A stretch of 64,000 nucleotides of DNA from Psammoneis japonica (lineage: Eukaryota): the NCBI GenBank assembly GCA_008632985.1, contig QPGO01000133.1, forward strand, positions 62,001-126,000. Direction: 5' to 3'. The first letter of the stretch is position 1, and each line of letters opens with the position of its first letter. The notes under the pieces are model-generated. The model searched no databases. It was not told the origin of the DNA and was given only the letters and a program-made list of their open reading frames with translations. A program made the translations under genes and the position numbers. Positions 48,392-62,034 of the stretch are shown in pieces.

Positions 48392-49800
48392 ATGACGAAC
48401 GGGGGAAGTAGGCAAAGAAACGGGATAGTGAATTGGCGTGTGTTGGCGTTTGCGGTCTTGATTATTCTTTGTTATCATTTACTAGACACGAGCGAAAGCC
48501 TTTTCCACTCTTTCATTCCAAAGATCATTGGCGAACCGGAGCAGAAAGCATCGCAAGACAATTTTTCGTTAGCCAGCAATAACATTCAACAAAGTGTATC
48601 ATATAAAGCAGAATTGCCAGAGGCTCTAAAATCTGTCACTTTTTCAGGCTGTTGCAGCGGGCATAAATCGGGTTGGAAGCAACATGCCTCACGGAGAAAG
48701 CTTGCAATGTCTCCTATTATCCATTTTCATCCCCGGAAGAGGCGTCTTATTTTCGCAGATTGGAACTAAGCAGGAACGAGTCGCTGTCGTTGAAACGAAA
48801 ATGTCGTGAATACGCGGAGAGAAAACCGCCTCCTACGCGGTGGTGTTCGTCCGAGAGATTGCCCACGGATTTCAAATATCCTATGGGCTGTAGCATGATC
48901 TCCATGGGCGGTGGTTCAGGGCCTTATGATCGTGCTTTGGTATTTCCGCAAGGAAAACTGGCATTTTGCGGGATCCCCAAAGCCGGGGTCACGCAGTGGC
49001 TTCAGTTTCTGCGCTTCACCTATGGCGCAAAGGATTACCTAAGTGTTCCATATTTCAAAGTAGACGTGGACTATTCCAGGCTCGACGTTATGACTGAAGA
49101 AGCGAAGGACGAAATTTGGAGAGGCAAATCGTGGACGAAGGCGATCTTTATTCGTAACCCGGCTGAACGTTTATTGTCAGGGTATCTCGACAAGATTAAG
49201 GGCAAAAAAGTACACTTCGATCGAGCGAATGTGACCTTCACAGAGTTCGTCGATATTCTTGCAATGAAGAACATTACCAGAAGTGATTCAATGAATGGCC
49301 CATCGAAAGGCATGTTCGCTGGGCTTTCATGGCACACTGATCCACACTTTAGACCACAAGCTTGGGCATGCGGATTGTCTGAGGAACTGGATACGTTTCA
49401 TTACGTCGCGTCAATGGACCGTGTCGACTTCCATACAAAGTCGTTGCTGCAGCAAGTGAATATGTGGGGGTCCTTTGGAAGGCATTATCGTTTGTCAAAA
49501 AATGAAACAAATTCAAAAAATCAAAGATGGGCAATTTGGCCTCCTGAAGTCCAGCAACAACAAGACGAGGAGGCAGAATTGGGTTTCCAGCAACAGGTTG
49601 GCAAGATTACCGACAAGGCGCAAAAGCACAACACTGGTGCAACCACCAAGATCAACGAATATTATACTCCAGAGCTTATGAAGAGGGTGCGAAATGTGTA
49701 TTGGATGGACTTTGCATTGTGGGATGCACTGCAAGAGGCAGACAAGGAAGGCCTTGTCCACGGCAACGACATTGCAAAGAAACTGAACCCAAATTGTTGA
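48392..49800 (+). CDS. Carbohydrate sulfotransferase (Sulfotransfer_2 type), copy 1, with a 1-nt frameshift at ~48678
   Basis: N-terminal TM, FCGIPKAGVTQW (5'-PSB), FIRNPAERLLSGYLDK (3'-PB), DPHFRPQ. TGGAAGC here versus TGGAAAGC in copy 2. Confidence 0.85.
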
Positions 49801-52563
49801 ATGCTAGAGTGAACGTTTCGCATTGTTTATTCCTTCGTTTCGCTAGCTTTAATTTATTTGAGTTTTACTCGTTTTCTTTGATCATGCTTTCACTGATGCC
49901 GACTAAGGAGTTGTTTGTTCTTACAGCTTTTGCCTTGTTTCCAGAGCGACAAGAACTGTGCTGCTGTAACAAGACAAGCTTTCACATTGCTGTGCTGATG
50001 TTGAACTAGTCTAGTTGTCGCTTTTACATCGTTTTGTGTAAGGTCGGAGAACATGAAAGTGTTCTTCAAGCAGGGTCTCAAACACTCGCTTCTTCAAATG
50101 GCATGGTGTGCGTCTCTGAAGAACTCGGCCAAGAACAAACACGAAACTCAAAGGGTCCACACAAGCCATGCATTTAACGACTGGGAAAGCTGCAGATGGC
50201 ACCCCTTCCAATGCCAGAAACTGATTAAGTGTCACATTTGGGGTTTCCTCCAATCCCAGCAACACTCGTTGGCGTGGCCTTGGGTTGGTGAATTGGGGTG
50301 TGTTTTTCTCTCCTTTTTCATTTGGCACTCTTTTGTGCCAAAAATCACTTGTGAGACACCTCCTTTGCTGTGCTTTGCATGGCTCCACAGCCACAAAATG
50401 TTGGCAAATGAGCATGACTGCCTTCAAAAATGTTGTCCTTTGCAGCCACCCCACACTGTGAAAATGGGCTCCAGCAATTGATCACGTTTTGTGGTGTTGT
50501 TTTCTCATGCTGTTTTTGCACTTGTTTCACAAGCTCCTCAAGCCATTTGGCTGTGAAGCAGTTCACTCAATTGCTCCCATGCATCATCAAGTGTCAGAGA
50601 GCAGTGGGCACTTGGACAAAAGCACACCAGATGAGATGCCTTTCCATGTCAGAAGCAGCAGTTGTGCATTTTCCTCATGTTGCCATCATGGCAAGAAAAA
50701 GTGGCCTGGTGTGTGCACTGACTTTGAAGCTTTGGCATTTGCAGGGGTCTGTGGAGAAACACAAGAAAAAACAAAAGATGGCCAAAGAGACAGATGCATG
50801 GACAAAGACATGACAGTGTGTGCACATGAATCAACCTCAACCACCAAAAATGGTCTGCATGTCATTCACAGCTCCACAGCCCCCCAGTCAGGGGCAATGG
50901 CAACACATGTGTTGCTCTTGTCACAAAGAGCTTGTTTCTCATGTGATGCTCCATTGCAGGAATGTTGGGTGAGTGCTTGCACACACAAACAACAACCCAG
51001 CAATGACCCAGCAGCAACTGCAGCACACAGTTGTTTCCATGCGAGGGTCTGCATCTGCACAAGATTGACAAAATGTCAACATTTTTGTTTTGTGTGTCCA
51101 CCACAGACAGCTGCTCCTTCAAGTCTCTTTGTTGCTCTGCACAGGACTTGCAAAAGCTCTGGCCACCCAGCTTGTTTGTGACAACAACAACAACAACAAC
51201 AACAAGTGTCCAAATGCCCCCAAACATGGAATGGACAAAGGGCCTGCCCCCGCATCTGTTGTCACAGCCAGCACTGGATCAACACCATCATCATTTCTTC
51301 CCTTGTGGGCTGGGCATGAAAGTCTGTTTGGTTGACAGTGAAGGCTGCACAACCACTTTTTTGCAAGGTTCCACAGCTGCTGAGCACAATTTTGCCAGAC
51401 TTGACTTGATGTGCAGATTGTCAAAGAGGGTTGAGCTGATCAAAAGCTTGGTCAGCAAATCAAGAATCAGTGTTCAAAGCTCATCTTCCAGCAGCACATG
51501 CCACATTGCAGCAGCAGTGCCACAGTCATCTGGCACATTTCCATTGTGCCCATTTTGAGTTTGGTGCATGCCTCAGTTTTCCACATTGAGCATTGTCTGT
51601 CACACAAAAGATGTGGCAAAGATGATGATGACAGCTGAGGCAATTCTGTGAACATGAGCTGCGATGCTGAGTGTCAAAGCTGGTGCAGCCAATCATGCAG
51701 CCAAATCCAGCAGCTCAAACTGGGAAAGAGGCTGCAACCTTTTTTTTCTGTTGTTGGTGCTGCCATGTGCTCACAACACTCTCATGCACCTGTTTCAGCA
51801 GCTGCCAAGAGACACTTCTTCAAGTGGCAGTTCTTGGGCCATGGACACATGTGGGCTTTCATCTGAGAAGTGCCCTCACTCAGCACAGTTCCATCCGGCC
51901 TTCATGCTGGACCTGCTGAAAACCACTTTTACAAACCACCACAAAAATTGCACACCATGACGACTGCCGCTGACATGCCATCGTGTGTGGCTCAACAACC
52001 TTTCAGTGTTTTCTGATGCCACTGACAGACTCGGTGGTGTGACTCTTTCATCTCAGATCACCAGGGTGGCTTCAGCATTGTCACAAAATGTCACAACCAT
52101 TAAAAGAAGGCATCAAAAAGTGTGTGGTGAATCTTCTCCATCAAACAGGGTTGCAGTCAAATGTGAGCTTGACATGCTTCATTCGACCATCAAGTCATGT
52201 GCAGCACGCATGATGGAAAGCTTTGTTGAACTGGGTTGTGCTGGAAAGTGTGCTCTTTGTGTCTCTTGCTGTGCCCGGTCTGTTGGGTTGAGAGGTTGTG
52301 ACTTGATGTTGTGCTGCACGGTGTGAAACAGCCAAAGGACTGAATTTGAGATGTGCTTGGTCTGTTTTGAGCAGCATTGCTGTGGCATTAGAGCTGTTCA
52401 AGGTTCTGTTGCTCACACAACCAATCCTCCAAACCCCAAGATCAATTCGGTGCATCATTTCATGCACCACAAGAAAAGCCCAGGTCAGCTCTTTGCGGAT
52501 GACGTTCGCGCCATTTCATGATCACGAACCGGCTGAAGATCTTGCAGAAGGAATGCAGGAGAT

Positions 52564-52637
52564 GACTGAAAGTCAAGAGTCTGCAAAGGAAATGATTTTT
52601 GACTGAAAGTCAAGAGTCTGCAAAGGAAATGATTTTG
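52564..52637. repeat. 37-bp tandem duplication
   Basis: GACTGAAAGTCAAGAGTCTGCAAAGGAAATGATTTT twice. Confidence 0.9.
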
Positions 52638-54699
52638 AACCTGGAGGCTTCAGTGCTGAGAACTCTGTCATGGGGGTTCATGGACAAACTGGCCAAGTCA
52701 GGGCTGCATCTGGGAGCACCATCAGCAGACTGTTGTCACATTGAATGCATCTCTGACCCTGTTGTGTCACTGTTTGCAGAGTGCCCTGCTGGATGAAGAG
52801 TTGTCAACAAAGAGGAAGAGCTCAGCATTGGAAAGATTCAAGAGAGAAGTGCAGCATTTAAATGGAAAGCTCTCCTCTCTCTGATGATGCAGCTTGAAGC
52901 TGAACGGAGGAAGCTCTCACCATCTGGTGAAGATCTTTTAGATGTCATTCAGCAACTTCAACATAAAAGAAGAATTTGCAAGAGACACATTGCACCAAGA
53001 AACTCTCACGAACTGTTGCCTCTCTGCAGAAGGTGCAGTTGGTGGTGCTGCCAAGTGTTTTGATGACCATCTGGCCCATTTTCACAAGTCCCTTGCCAGT
53101 GTCACCATTGCTTGTTGATCTCTCTTGACTGAGTTGAAAATCACTCTAGAACAAACCTGGAGGATGCTTGTCAAGGTGGTTGAAGGAGAAGTGGATGCCA
53201 GTGAGGATTTTTGCTGCCCTCCCCCCCCCTCCCCCTCTCAAAAGAGTTCATTCTTGCGTGCATCAATGAGATGACAAAACTTCTCAAAATGGGGCTGAGG
53301 ACATGCTGACGCAAAGCAAAATCAAGGCTCTTGCAACAGTGTGGGAGCGGGCACTGAACACCAACACAAGTGAGCATGGTCTTTTCTGGGGGAAATCAAG
53401 GAAGCTGCCTCTTTGCTGCAATCAGAGAGATTGAGTCCTTTTGACATCATCTTGCAGTCATGCAATTTGGAGGGTGCCAAGGAACAGGTGATTGCAGAAA
53501 CAAAGCAAGCCAGCAAGTCATGCTGTCAGCTGAGGGTGAAGCTGGAAAAATTCAACCTGGTCCACAAGGATGTGGAAAAGTTGAGGTCAAAGCCAGATGC
53601 AAAAAGCAAAACCATCTCCCTTTGTTGTGAGATTCAAAATCTGAACCCCAAGCTTGCCGATCTTGATGAGAAGAAATGCAGCAAACAGTGATTGCTTGCC
53701 AAGAAAACAAGCAGCTCAGCTCTGCCTGAGGAAGATTGATTTGGGAAAGACACGCAAGGGGCAAAACAAGTCTTGAAGTTGCCACCATTCTGCCAAGATG
53801 CCAAGGCAGTCGCGTCCATGTGCAATTCATCCATTTTGTGATCCACTGTCAGATGAGAAGACCCTGAACAATGAAAATGAAATGATGCAACAGAGCACGG
53901 ATTGGTTTGCCTGTGCAGTTTGTGTCTTTTGAGAAACAGAAGACCAGATGTGGTGCAGGGCAATGTTCAATGAGTGCTGTGCAGGGTGTGTTCAACTCCT
54001 TTGGGCAAGAGCATTTCCAACAGCCAGCTGTTCACGCACAGCATCAAAATCAGCATGTTTCAGCCACAAAACCACAACGCATGCACTGTCACCAGTGCCT
54101 CCTGTTGCTTCATCAGCAATGTGTCATGCCATGCTTTTTCATCATGCATGCTTCAACAGCCCAACATCCTCCTTGTCAGAGGCACCCGGCTAAAGTGAGT
54201 CTGCCAGTCTTGCTTCTGATTCAACAATGTGAAGATTCGATGCTCACATGGAACCTTCCCCATTGCTGGAAAGCCAACAAGGTGCACCCATGATCTCATT
54301 GCTGTGTTGGTCCATGAGCTCTGATTCTGGGACAGAGCAGAGGCTGCAAGTTGGACACAGCCGTTCAATGCCAAGCACACAACACACACATGGTTCATTG
54401 TCATGTCAATTTGGACAGTGTGCTGCATCAGCAGCAGTTCCTGCTTTCTTCAACAGTGCGTGAATTGAATCAATTGCAGCTCTGTCCACCTGTTGGCTGA
54501 GATCAGCTGCATTTGTTCCTGCAAGATGCAAAGTGTCTCAAGATTTTTTGCCTTTTCTGCATCTTCTGTCAAAGCCAAAGGTTCTTCTGCTGGGGAAAGA
54601 AGTGATGTGGCCTTCAGATTGAAGCTTGAGCTGCTGTGTCTTTGGTGGAGGTGCTTGTTTGTTCCTCAGACTCCAACACAGGAGTTCTGCTGCAATGCT

Positions 54700-55620
54700 T
54701 TCTGCACTTGCCTCTCAAAAGAACTTCAAAAGGTCCTGCACGAAGGATGGACGGAACTGCTCTGAGTGAGGTTGCTTCTTAGATGAGCTTTGGCTGCAGC
54801 TTGAGACTCTTGCCAGCAGCCCTGCATTTCTTGGATGCAAGTGCTTGCCTCTTGCCAAAGCAGCAACTGCCATGGGTGCCCTTGTGGCATCAACAACAAT
54901 GCACAGCAGTGGAGTGCCAGGTCTGGGTCTTCTTGGACAAGGTCTTGGGGGCTTGGTGTGGCAGCACAGCCACTTGAGCATTTAATTTCCTTTTCCATTC
55001 TTGTCAAACTTTTCCTTTTGCTGTGGTCCTTTCCAGTCTTCTGATGTTTGTCTCCCTTGCCCACCTTGCCCCAAGGGCTGGGCTTCTGGAGCTGAGATTT
55101 TCTCTTGCTTTTGCTGGGGGTGTGCCCCACTTTTCCTTTTGTGAAGGAGAGCCCTGTGCTTGTTGTTTGCCAAAGTCATGAGCTGATCCACCATCAACAA
55201 GAAGTCATTTTCATCTTTGTGCACCTCTTGCTTGCACAAGAGCAGTGTGCTCAAGCAACAAATGTCTTGTCAGATGATGTCAAGCAGCCCTTGAAGAACA
55301 AACTGGTTGGCAAAGCTTCAGCAGTTTTTCCTTGCAAATGAAAAGTTGCTGGGAGCAGCCAGACTCATCAGCTGAGTGGCAATTGGGTGTCAAGTTCAGA
55401 CACAGCTCAGTTTGGGTTTCACTTGCAGCATGTCTCACATCTGAGCAGCTCTCCTGGATTGTGACCATGCCCATTGTAAAACAGGCTCTAAAAGCAAAGT
55501 TTTCAATTTTGTTCTGTCCTTCTCAGACCCTTGCTTTGACCTCTGTGCCTCTTTTTAGAGTGAAAGCATTGTGCAACCTTGTGCATTGCATGCTGTGTGT
55601 CTTGAGCTGCTTGGCTTGAA
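54700..55620 (-). pseudogene. Highly decayed Copia gag-like remnant
   Basis: Fragments LFFKGCLTSSDKTFV, QLMTLANNKHRAL and QEKISAPEAQ resemble gag segments LFKGY..SD..FV and LM.LA.NKY..L. Confidence 0.45.
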
Positions 55621-58600
55621 ATGCAAATGTGAGTCTCTTCAGACACACAATTTTTTTCCAACTCATTCTGCCCACAGTTGCACCCAGAAAATTCCTGAAG
55701 TTGTCACAATGGACATGTCAGCTGCAGCTTCAAAAGGGATGTCAGCAATCCAAATGATGCCACCTTTGGCTGCCCAATTTTGCTTCCTCATGTGGTCTTC
55801 CAGCGACAACTTCAAGAGTTGAAAGAGCTCACCAGGTGCACAGCAAAGAGTTTCCACACAGCTTCTGAGCTCTGCATGCTCCCACAGAGCTTGTGTCCAT
55901 GATTGGGGCAGCAGCCAATGACCCTGTTGCATGCCTGTGCTGGGGTCAGCACAAACAAGACTGGTGCTGGGCTTGCAAATGAGAATGAGTTTGTGTGCTG
56001 CAAACTTGCACTGCACTCAGAGGATTCAGCACCCAACATTTTCTTTGGTGCAGAGGGGAAGCACATGTTTGGCAAAACCAGAGCCAAGCCAGAAGGCAAC
56101 AATCTTGTTGTGAGCAGTGGTGATGGGGGACATCTGAGAGAGGCCACTTGTTGCCAAAGGTTGCCTCTGATGGAGAAGCAAGAAGAAGCAAGAAGTTGGA
56201 AGATTTTCATCAAAGAAGAGCCATTTTGAGGAAAGGGCCACAATGTTCCAAATGTGTGCACAACAAGATGAAGTGGTGTGATCTGTGCCCAGTCATGAGA
56301 ACATGCAATGCAGGCTGGCAATTCAGTCAACTGCTCATGAAGAGATGTGTGACCACCTCAAAATGACTGGGCAAAAAAGAGCCAGAGCAGGAACTCACAA
56401 AGCCAGCAAAAGCCCAGTGCAAGAATCACCTCATGCAAAGTGGGAGATGAAAGAGGGCTGCAAAAAATGCTGGAGAGGAGTTTGATGCTGACAGCACCTT
56501 CCAACAGAGAGCAGCCTGGAAGACAAGGTGTCAAAGCCAGCCAGTGCATGTGAAGATGGGAGTTTGGCAAAGATGACATTGATGACAGTGTGCTCATTTC
56601 TGTGTGCCAACAAGAGTCACACAAAGCAGCCTTGAGTGGGCTGCAAAAAAGCTCACTTGGAAAGGGGCAGCACCAACTGGCAAAGTTGCCCACAGAGTCA
56701 ATTTCTCCCACCAAAACTGCAAAAGCCACATCAAAGCATTGATGGCCAGCTGTCAATTTTTTGCAGTCAAGCTGCAAAAAGGAAAAAAGATGACAGCCAG
56801 AAACCCAAAACTGATTTGATCCACAAAAGGGCACTCCATCTCATGGAGTGTCAACGAAAAAAAAACAAGTCAGTTGGGCACATTGCTGCAACTGTGCTGC
56901 CCCAGTGAGAAAAACAAACAAAAGCTTGAGAAAAAAGCTGAGAGGCTCAACCTGACTGACAAACTTTTTTGCTTTGACAGCAGCAAGCTGTGATGAAAAA
57001 ATCACCAGCACCATCTGAGCAACCTGCCATCAAAGCTGACAGAAGGTGCCCCAAAGCAACACCCAGCTCTCTTCAGGATGACAGCTCATTTCCAACTGGT
57101 GACAATTTTCACAACTTTGACAACAACAGCTCAGTCAGTGCCATCCAGAGAAAAAAAAACTGCTCCCAAGATGAACAGCTCTGACAACACAAAATTGCCA
57201 CACCCCCGGACAGCCACCACCAGCTGCAGTTTTTCCTCATGCAGGCAAACTGCCTCCTGGCAATTGCGCACATCTTGCTGTGCTCTGCACCAACCCATTC
57301 AAATGGAGCAGCTTCCTTGAGCAAAAGGTGAGAAAATGACTTTGACAATGGGGTGGGGAGCACAAATCTTTGGACACAAATCTTTTGATGTGTGAGCAGG
57401 GCGAGTGCTGTTGCCATGGGCGGGAGACACACTGGGCAAGGAGACAAAAAAAAAGTTCAAGCAAATGACAATGCATCTGCACAACCCCAAGAGGATGGCT
57501 CCCTCATTGCCAGTGGGGTGCACATGGTGCAATGGCACAAAGAGAAGTTGCTGCCCTGCAGCACAATTGATCCATGCGGGCTTGTGGTGTTCACCGCAAG
57601 CTGCAAGTGAAAAACTGCAGTCTGTCCTCTGCCTTTTGGCATCTGTGTAAAAGTCAACTTTGTTTCCAAAATTGATTTGTTTTTCACTGCACAGTGCTTC
57701 TTGCATCTTCTGACATTGTCAATTGATGTGCTCCTGTGCCTGCATTTGCCAGGTTCGTGGTTCTGAGTGCCATTGCTGCTGTGGCAAGGAGGGTTTTTTT
57801 TTTGCTCCAAGAGGACAGACTGGTCATCAGCAGAATTCTGCGTGGCAATGCAGGGCCCATCAAGAAATTTGCAAAGTTTTTTTAGCATCCGGTGTCAAAC
57901 GCTTTGCCGCCACAATGGGAATCTTTTGAAAATGACCCGTGACGTGTGACGCCTCAATTGCTTGAAAACATCCGCACAATCTGTGAGTTTTTGCACCAAA
58001 GCTGTTGTCTTCTCAAAAGTTTTGCAAAAAAGAACTTCACTGCCAACTGATCAGGTGCATTTCTGCAAATGTGTTGTTCTAAAATGCTCCTGATCAGTTG
58101 GCAGCAAAGTCCATTTTTCGCAGAATTAAAATTCACTGAGGGCAGACAGACAGAGAGTTCAACATTTTTCTTGGCACTGGTCTGCACAATTTCCGCACAT
58201 TTTTCAACAATGACTCTGCAGCATGAAAGATTGCCATTGCTCTCACAATGGCATCATGGCAAAAACTTCACAACACACACTCTTGTTGAACAATGTGGGC
58301 CGATGAGCTCTCATTCTTCATTGTTGTTTTGCCTTGTCAGCCACATTTTGTGTGCGGGCATTTGTCATGAATTAGAGGTGCACAATGTAAAAGTCATCCC
58401 CATCAACAAGGACATTTGATGACAAAAAATCTGTGAAAATTCTCAAACCACAGATTTTTTTAGAAAGTGGCCATGTGCCATCTTTGGCCCCCAATTGTGC
58501 CATGATGCAACACTCTTTTGCCCCGCTGTTTTCACAAAGATCTTTGTTGACCTTCTGACCAATGCCAGCAGATGGGGTCTGCATGTGAAAAAATGGGAAG

Positions 58601-59224
58601 CCACTCTTAGAGTGGTTTTGGACAGTTTGCTCTTCCTGGAGGACAGGCCGGTTGGAAGTCAAGAGGACAGACCGGTTTTGTGTTTGCAGTGCACGGTGGG
58701 GCCCCACCAACGGTGCATTTTTCCAGACCGGGTGAGGCACAGACAGATGACAGAGTTTAAATTTAATCCCCATTGAGCTTTGAATGATTGTTCAAATTTG
58801 GAGATTGTGTTGTGATCGCGAGTCACCTTGTGAGCTGGCCGGCCTGCATTCATTTCAGTTTCTCCAAATCTTTTTTGTCAAGTCACCACGCGTTTTGCCA
58901 TGCTTTGAGTTTTTTCATTTGACGATGTTGCGTTCATCAAGATGGTGTCTTGGTGCCATGGTGAAATTGTCAAATGTTGCAAAGCAGCACTCCCCACCCA
59001 GCAATGAATCCGCTGCTGCATTTGTTGACGATTCTGCTGAACAATGGGACAGCGTTGTGGTTGTTGTGATGCACCAGCATGGTGGCATGGAGTCATTTTG
59101 CAACCTGATTCTGAGTCTGATTCAGGTGCTCCATTTCTTTGCAATTTGCTTGGGTTGCCTGAGAGTTCTCATGACAAGCTTTTGACACTTTGTGGTTTGT
59201 TGAAAGTGAAATTCATTTGCATGA

Positions 59225-59830
59225 TTAGAGACTTGGCTGCCACTCCAAGTTTTGTTTTTCCAGGAATTTGTGCATGATGAGGAAGGCTTCATTCACAAAA
59301 AGAGTGAAAGCGTGATGTGTCCCACAACAAACAGAAAAGGATCGGCCTTTGTTCATGTGTCGGAAGCAAAGGACAATGTTGGCAACGCAACTCATGTGCT
59401 GAGGTGGGCTTGGGGGGCAGTTTGCAGATTGAGAAATTTTCATCTCTTTGCTCAAAGATTGCACTTGCTGATTCACTTGCATTGTTGAATGTCAAGTCTC
59501 TCAGACACACGATTGGTGGCCCCAATTGCGCGCACTTTTGGATTTGTTGTTGCTTTTTTGCGTCAATCAGCATCAAGTGGCTGATGACATTGAAGCATCC
59601 AAGGCCATCACAATGGACACGTTTGTTCAAAAGTCAAGTGATGGGCATTGGTCGTGTCGTTTGCATGATGTTGCCACAGGAAAACCCAGTCTGCCTTTCT
59701 CAAGTGTGGCGCATCTTTGAAACCACATCTGCAGCTCAAAAGGGAAACGACTGCGATGTGAACAGCCATGCCGCCGCATCAAAAGGAGTGTCTCTTGCAT
59801 CAGTTGATTGTTGGAACAAAAGATGTTGGG
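59225..59830 (+). pseudogene. Decayed member of an algal host gene family often annotated as kinesin-light-chain/TPR-like
   Basis: CPTTNRKGSAFVH...DNVGNATHVLRWAWG, FWICC-FCVNQHQV and IGRVVCMMLPQENPVCLSQVWRIFE, split across frames. Assignment from recalled motifs. Confidence 0.5.
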
Positions 59831-60349
59831 AGCGTTGATGCTCTCACGGCGGTTTCAATGGACCGTGTGCGCACCCATCAGTGTCTTTTCTGCGTGTGCA
59901 GATGTTTTGCATGGCGTGATTTCTGCAGGACAAATTGCGCAATCTGACGTCGGCAGGGATCTCCCTCCGTCAAAAAATTTAGCCTGCAAAAGGACAAAGC
60001 ACACGAAACAAAAAATGCCGACAACCATGACGAGCACCGTCGGACAAAATGCCGTCCCAGAGAACCAGCCAATGGCCTCCACTTGCCCCTTTCAAGGAGA
60101 TGACTCAAGACATGCCGAAGCATCAGTGGTTAAAAAGGGGCAAGTGGAGATCAAAGAGTCAAACAAAAAACCGGGGATTGCACTGCGCAAGATTTTTGCT
60201 GGATTTCTCCACGGGATGAGGACACAACGGGAGCGGTGGTTCCTCTGAAGCATGCCGCAGGGGCAAAGCAGTGTGGCGGGATAGACCGGGTTGCATTCAA
60301 ACGAAGAAATTCATGCATGTTAGCAGTTGTCGTCGACAAAGCAACGAGA

Positions 60350-60660
60350 ATGTCATTCCACCAGCATGTTTTTTTAACACAAATTACAAAGCACACGGAT
60401 GCCGCACTCCTGCCAGAGGGCCAGGCTGCAGCTGTCAACAACCAGCATCTCAAGCGTGTGATGCTGTTTTTTGAGTGCAGTGGTCTAGAGTCTAAGTCGA
60501 CGAAGCAACTGGGGTGTCATTCCACCAGCATGTTTTTTGCAAGACGAGTTGCAAGATGCACACCGGCGGCATCCGATGAAGGCTCCTGCTGGAGGGCTGG
60601 GCTGGGCCACAGCTGTCAACAACCAGCATCTCAAGTGTGTGATGCTGTTTTGCATGAGTG
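60350..60660. repeat. Degenerate direct repeat
   Basis: TGTCATTCCACCAGCATGTTTTTT and GCTGTCA.CAACCAGCATCTCAAG.GTGTGATGCTGTTTT each occur twice. Confidence 0.75.
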
Positions 60661-62034
60661 TCGCATGAGTGCAGTGGTCTGGAGACTAGAAAAGCAAGTG
60701 CAAAACATCCCAATTGCTGCCAAGCAACTTTCAGACTCCATCATTCCTCATTGCTCATGGCAATCCACAAATTAGAACATCTGTAAAGCTGAGAGACCTT
60801 CAACTCATACAAGCCTTTGAACTCTTGCAGGGTTTTCCACAAGAGCCCTCTCATTCACGCAGCATGGTGATGGCAACATCATTCCCATCACACTTCACAA
60901 GCTCCCTGGATCGTTGCGAGAAAGGCTTCACCTGCACGTTGAAGTGCTACACTCATCCATCTTCAGGCACAACTTCTTTCAACATGGCGGCACTCTCAAA
61001 CATGAACAAACCTGTGCATCTCCACTGTGAATGGATCCATGTCGTTGCCCAAACAATTGAGCTCGGCCAACAAATGCGAAACCACAGAAGTGTCCAAAGA
61101 AGGTTGGCAGCTGACCATTTCACATTTCTCTTGATCGTTGAGTCTGAGGTGAAAAGTTAATTTACAATCCAGATCAGCCCTGTCGAGCTGAGTAAACACT
61201 CTTTATGAGCAAACAAGAAAACCGTGACAAAAAAGGGGTTGAGTTTTGTCGATTCACGATGCACGGCATGGCATGCAAAACACAGAAGGAACGTCTTTAC
61301 ACTTGCCAAACAAGACCAATTTTCCCATCTAGACCTGAGCATTGCTTATCATACACGAGGGAATTCGTCAAATCATCCACCGTTGTTTTCTTAGAAGAAC
61401 TGGCTCTTTGTTTCTTCGTGCCACGAGCCTGCTCTTTTTCCTCTTCGTGGTGAAGTCAGAAAAACGAGAGAACTTAAAAGATGGCAAAAGTGTGCAACAA
61501 TGTAGTTACTTATACTCTACCTTGCTTCCTTTTGTTTAGATTGTGCAATTGACAACGGCGCCGCGACGATTGCGGTGTGTAGGAAGTGCCATTGCGTTGC
61601 GACTGAAAAAGATGCTCCGAGCTCCGAGCGAGCCGTTGGATTTGTGAGACGTCATCACTGTGTAGAAATGTACACAGAGAGTTGGTACAAATCAGATTAG
61701 TACCACATCCTACGCACAGGGTCCCCGTGTAGGGCCTACGCGCGTGAAACCGTCGTGCTCTCTGCATTAAGTTCAGTTCTTTTTTCTGTCGCGCTTTCTT
61801 CTCTCCACTGGCAGACATGTTTTTGACTACGGTGCCGTAGTTGCTCCTCGACGATTGGCCCCACCCGGCACATAATGCCTGTGTGAATTCTGGTTCGCGC
61901 GTTCAACGGTCGAATTTTTATTCGTTCCCAATGACATTGCTGAAACGTCGAAGTTTTTGAAACGGGTGCAGGTTAGCAATCATCAACAATACATCATCGC
62001 AACAATCTGCCCATCGCTTGAAATAGATTGCGAC

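Noticed and set aside
5760..61150. Hundreds of short ORFs in the track as real genes
   Set aside because: They overlap in all frames, lack Tyr and recognisable domains, and are explained by loss of TAA/TAG.
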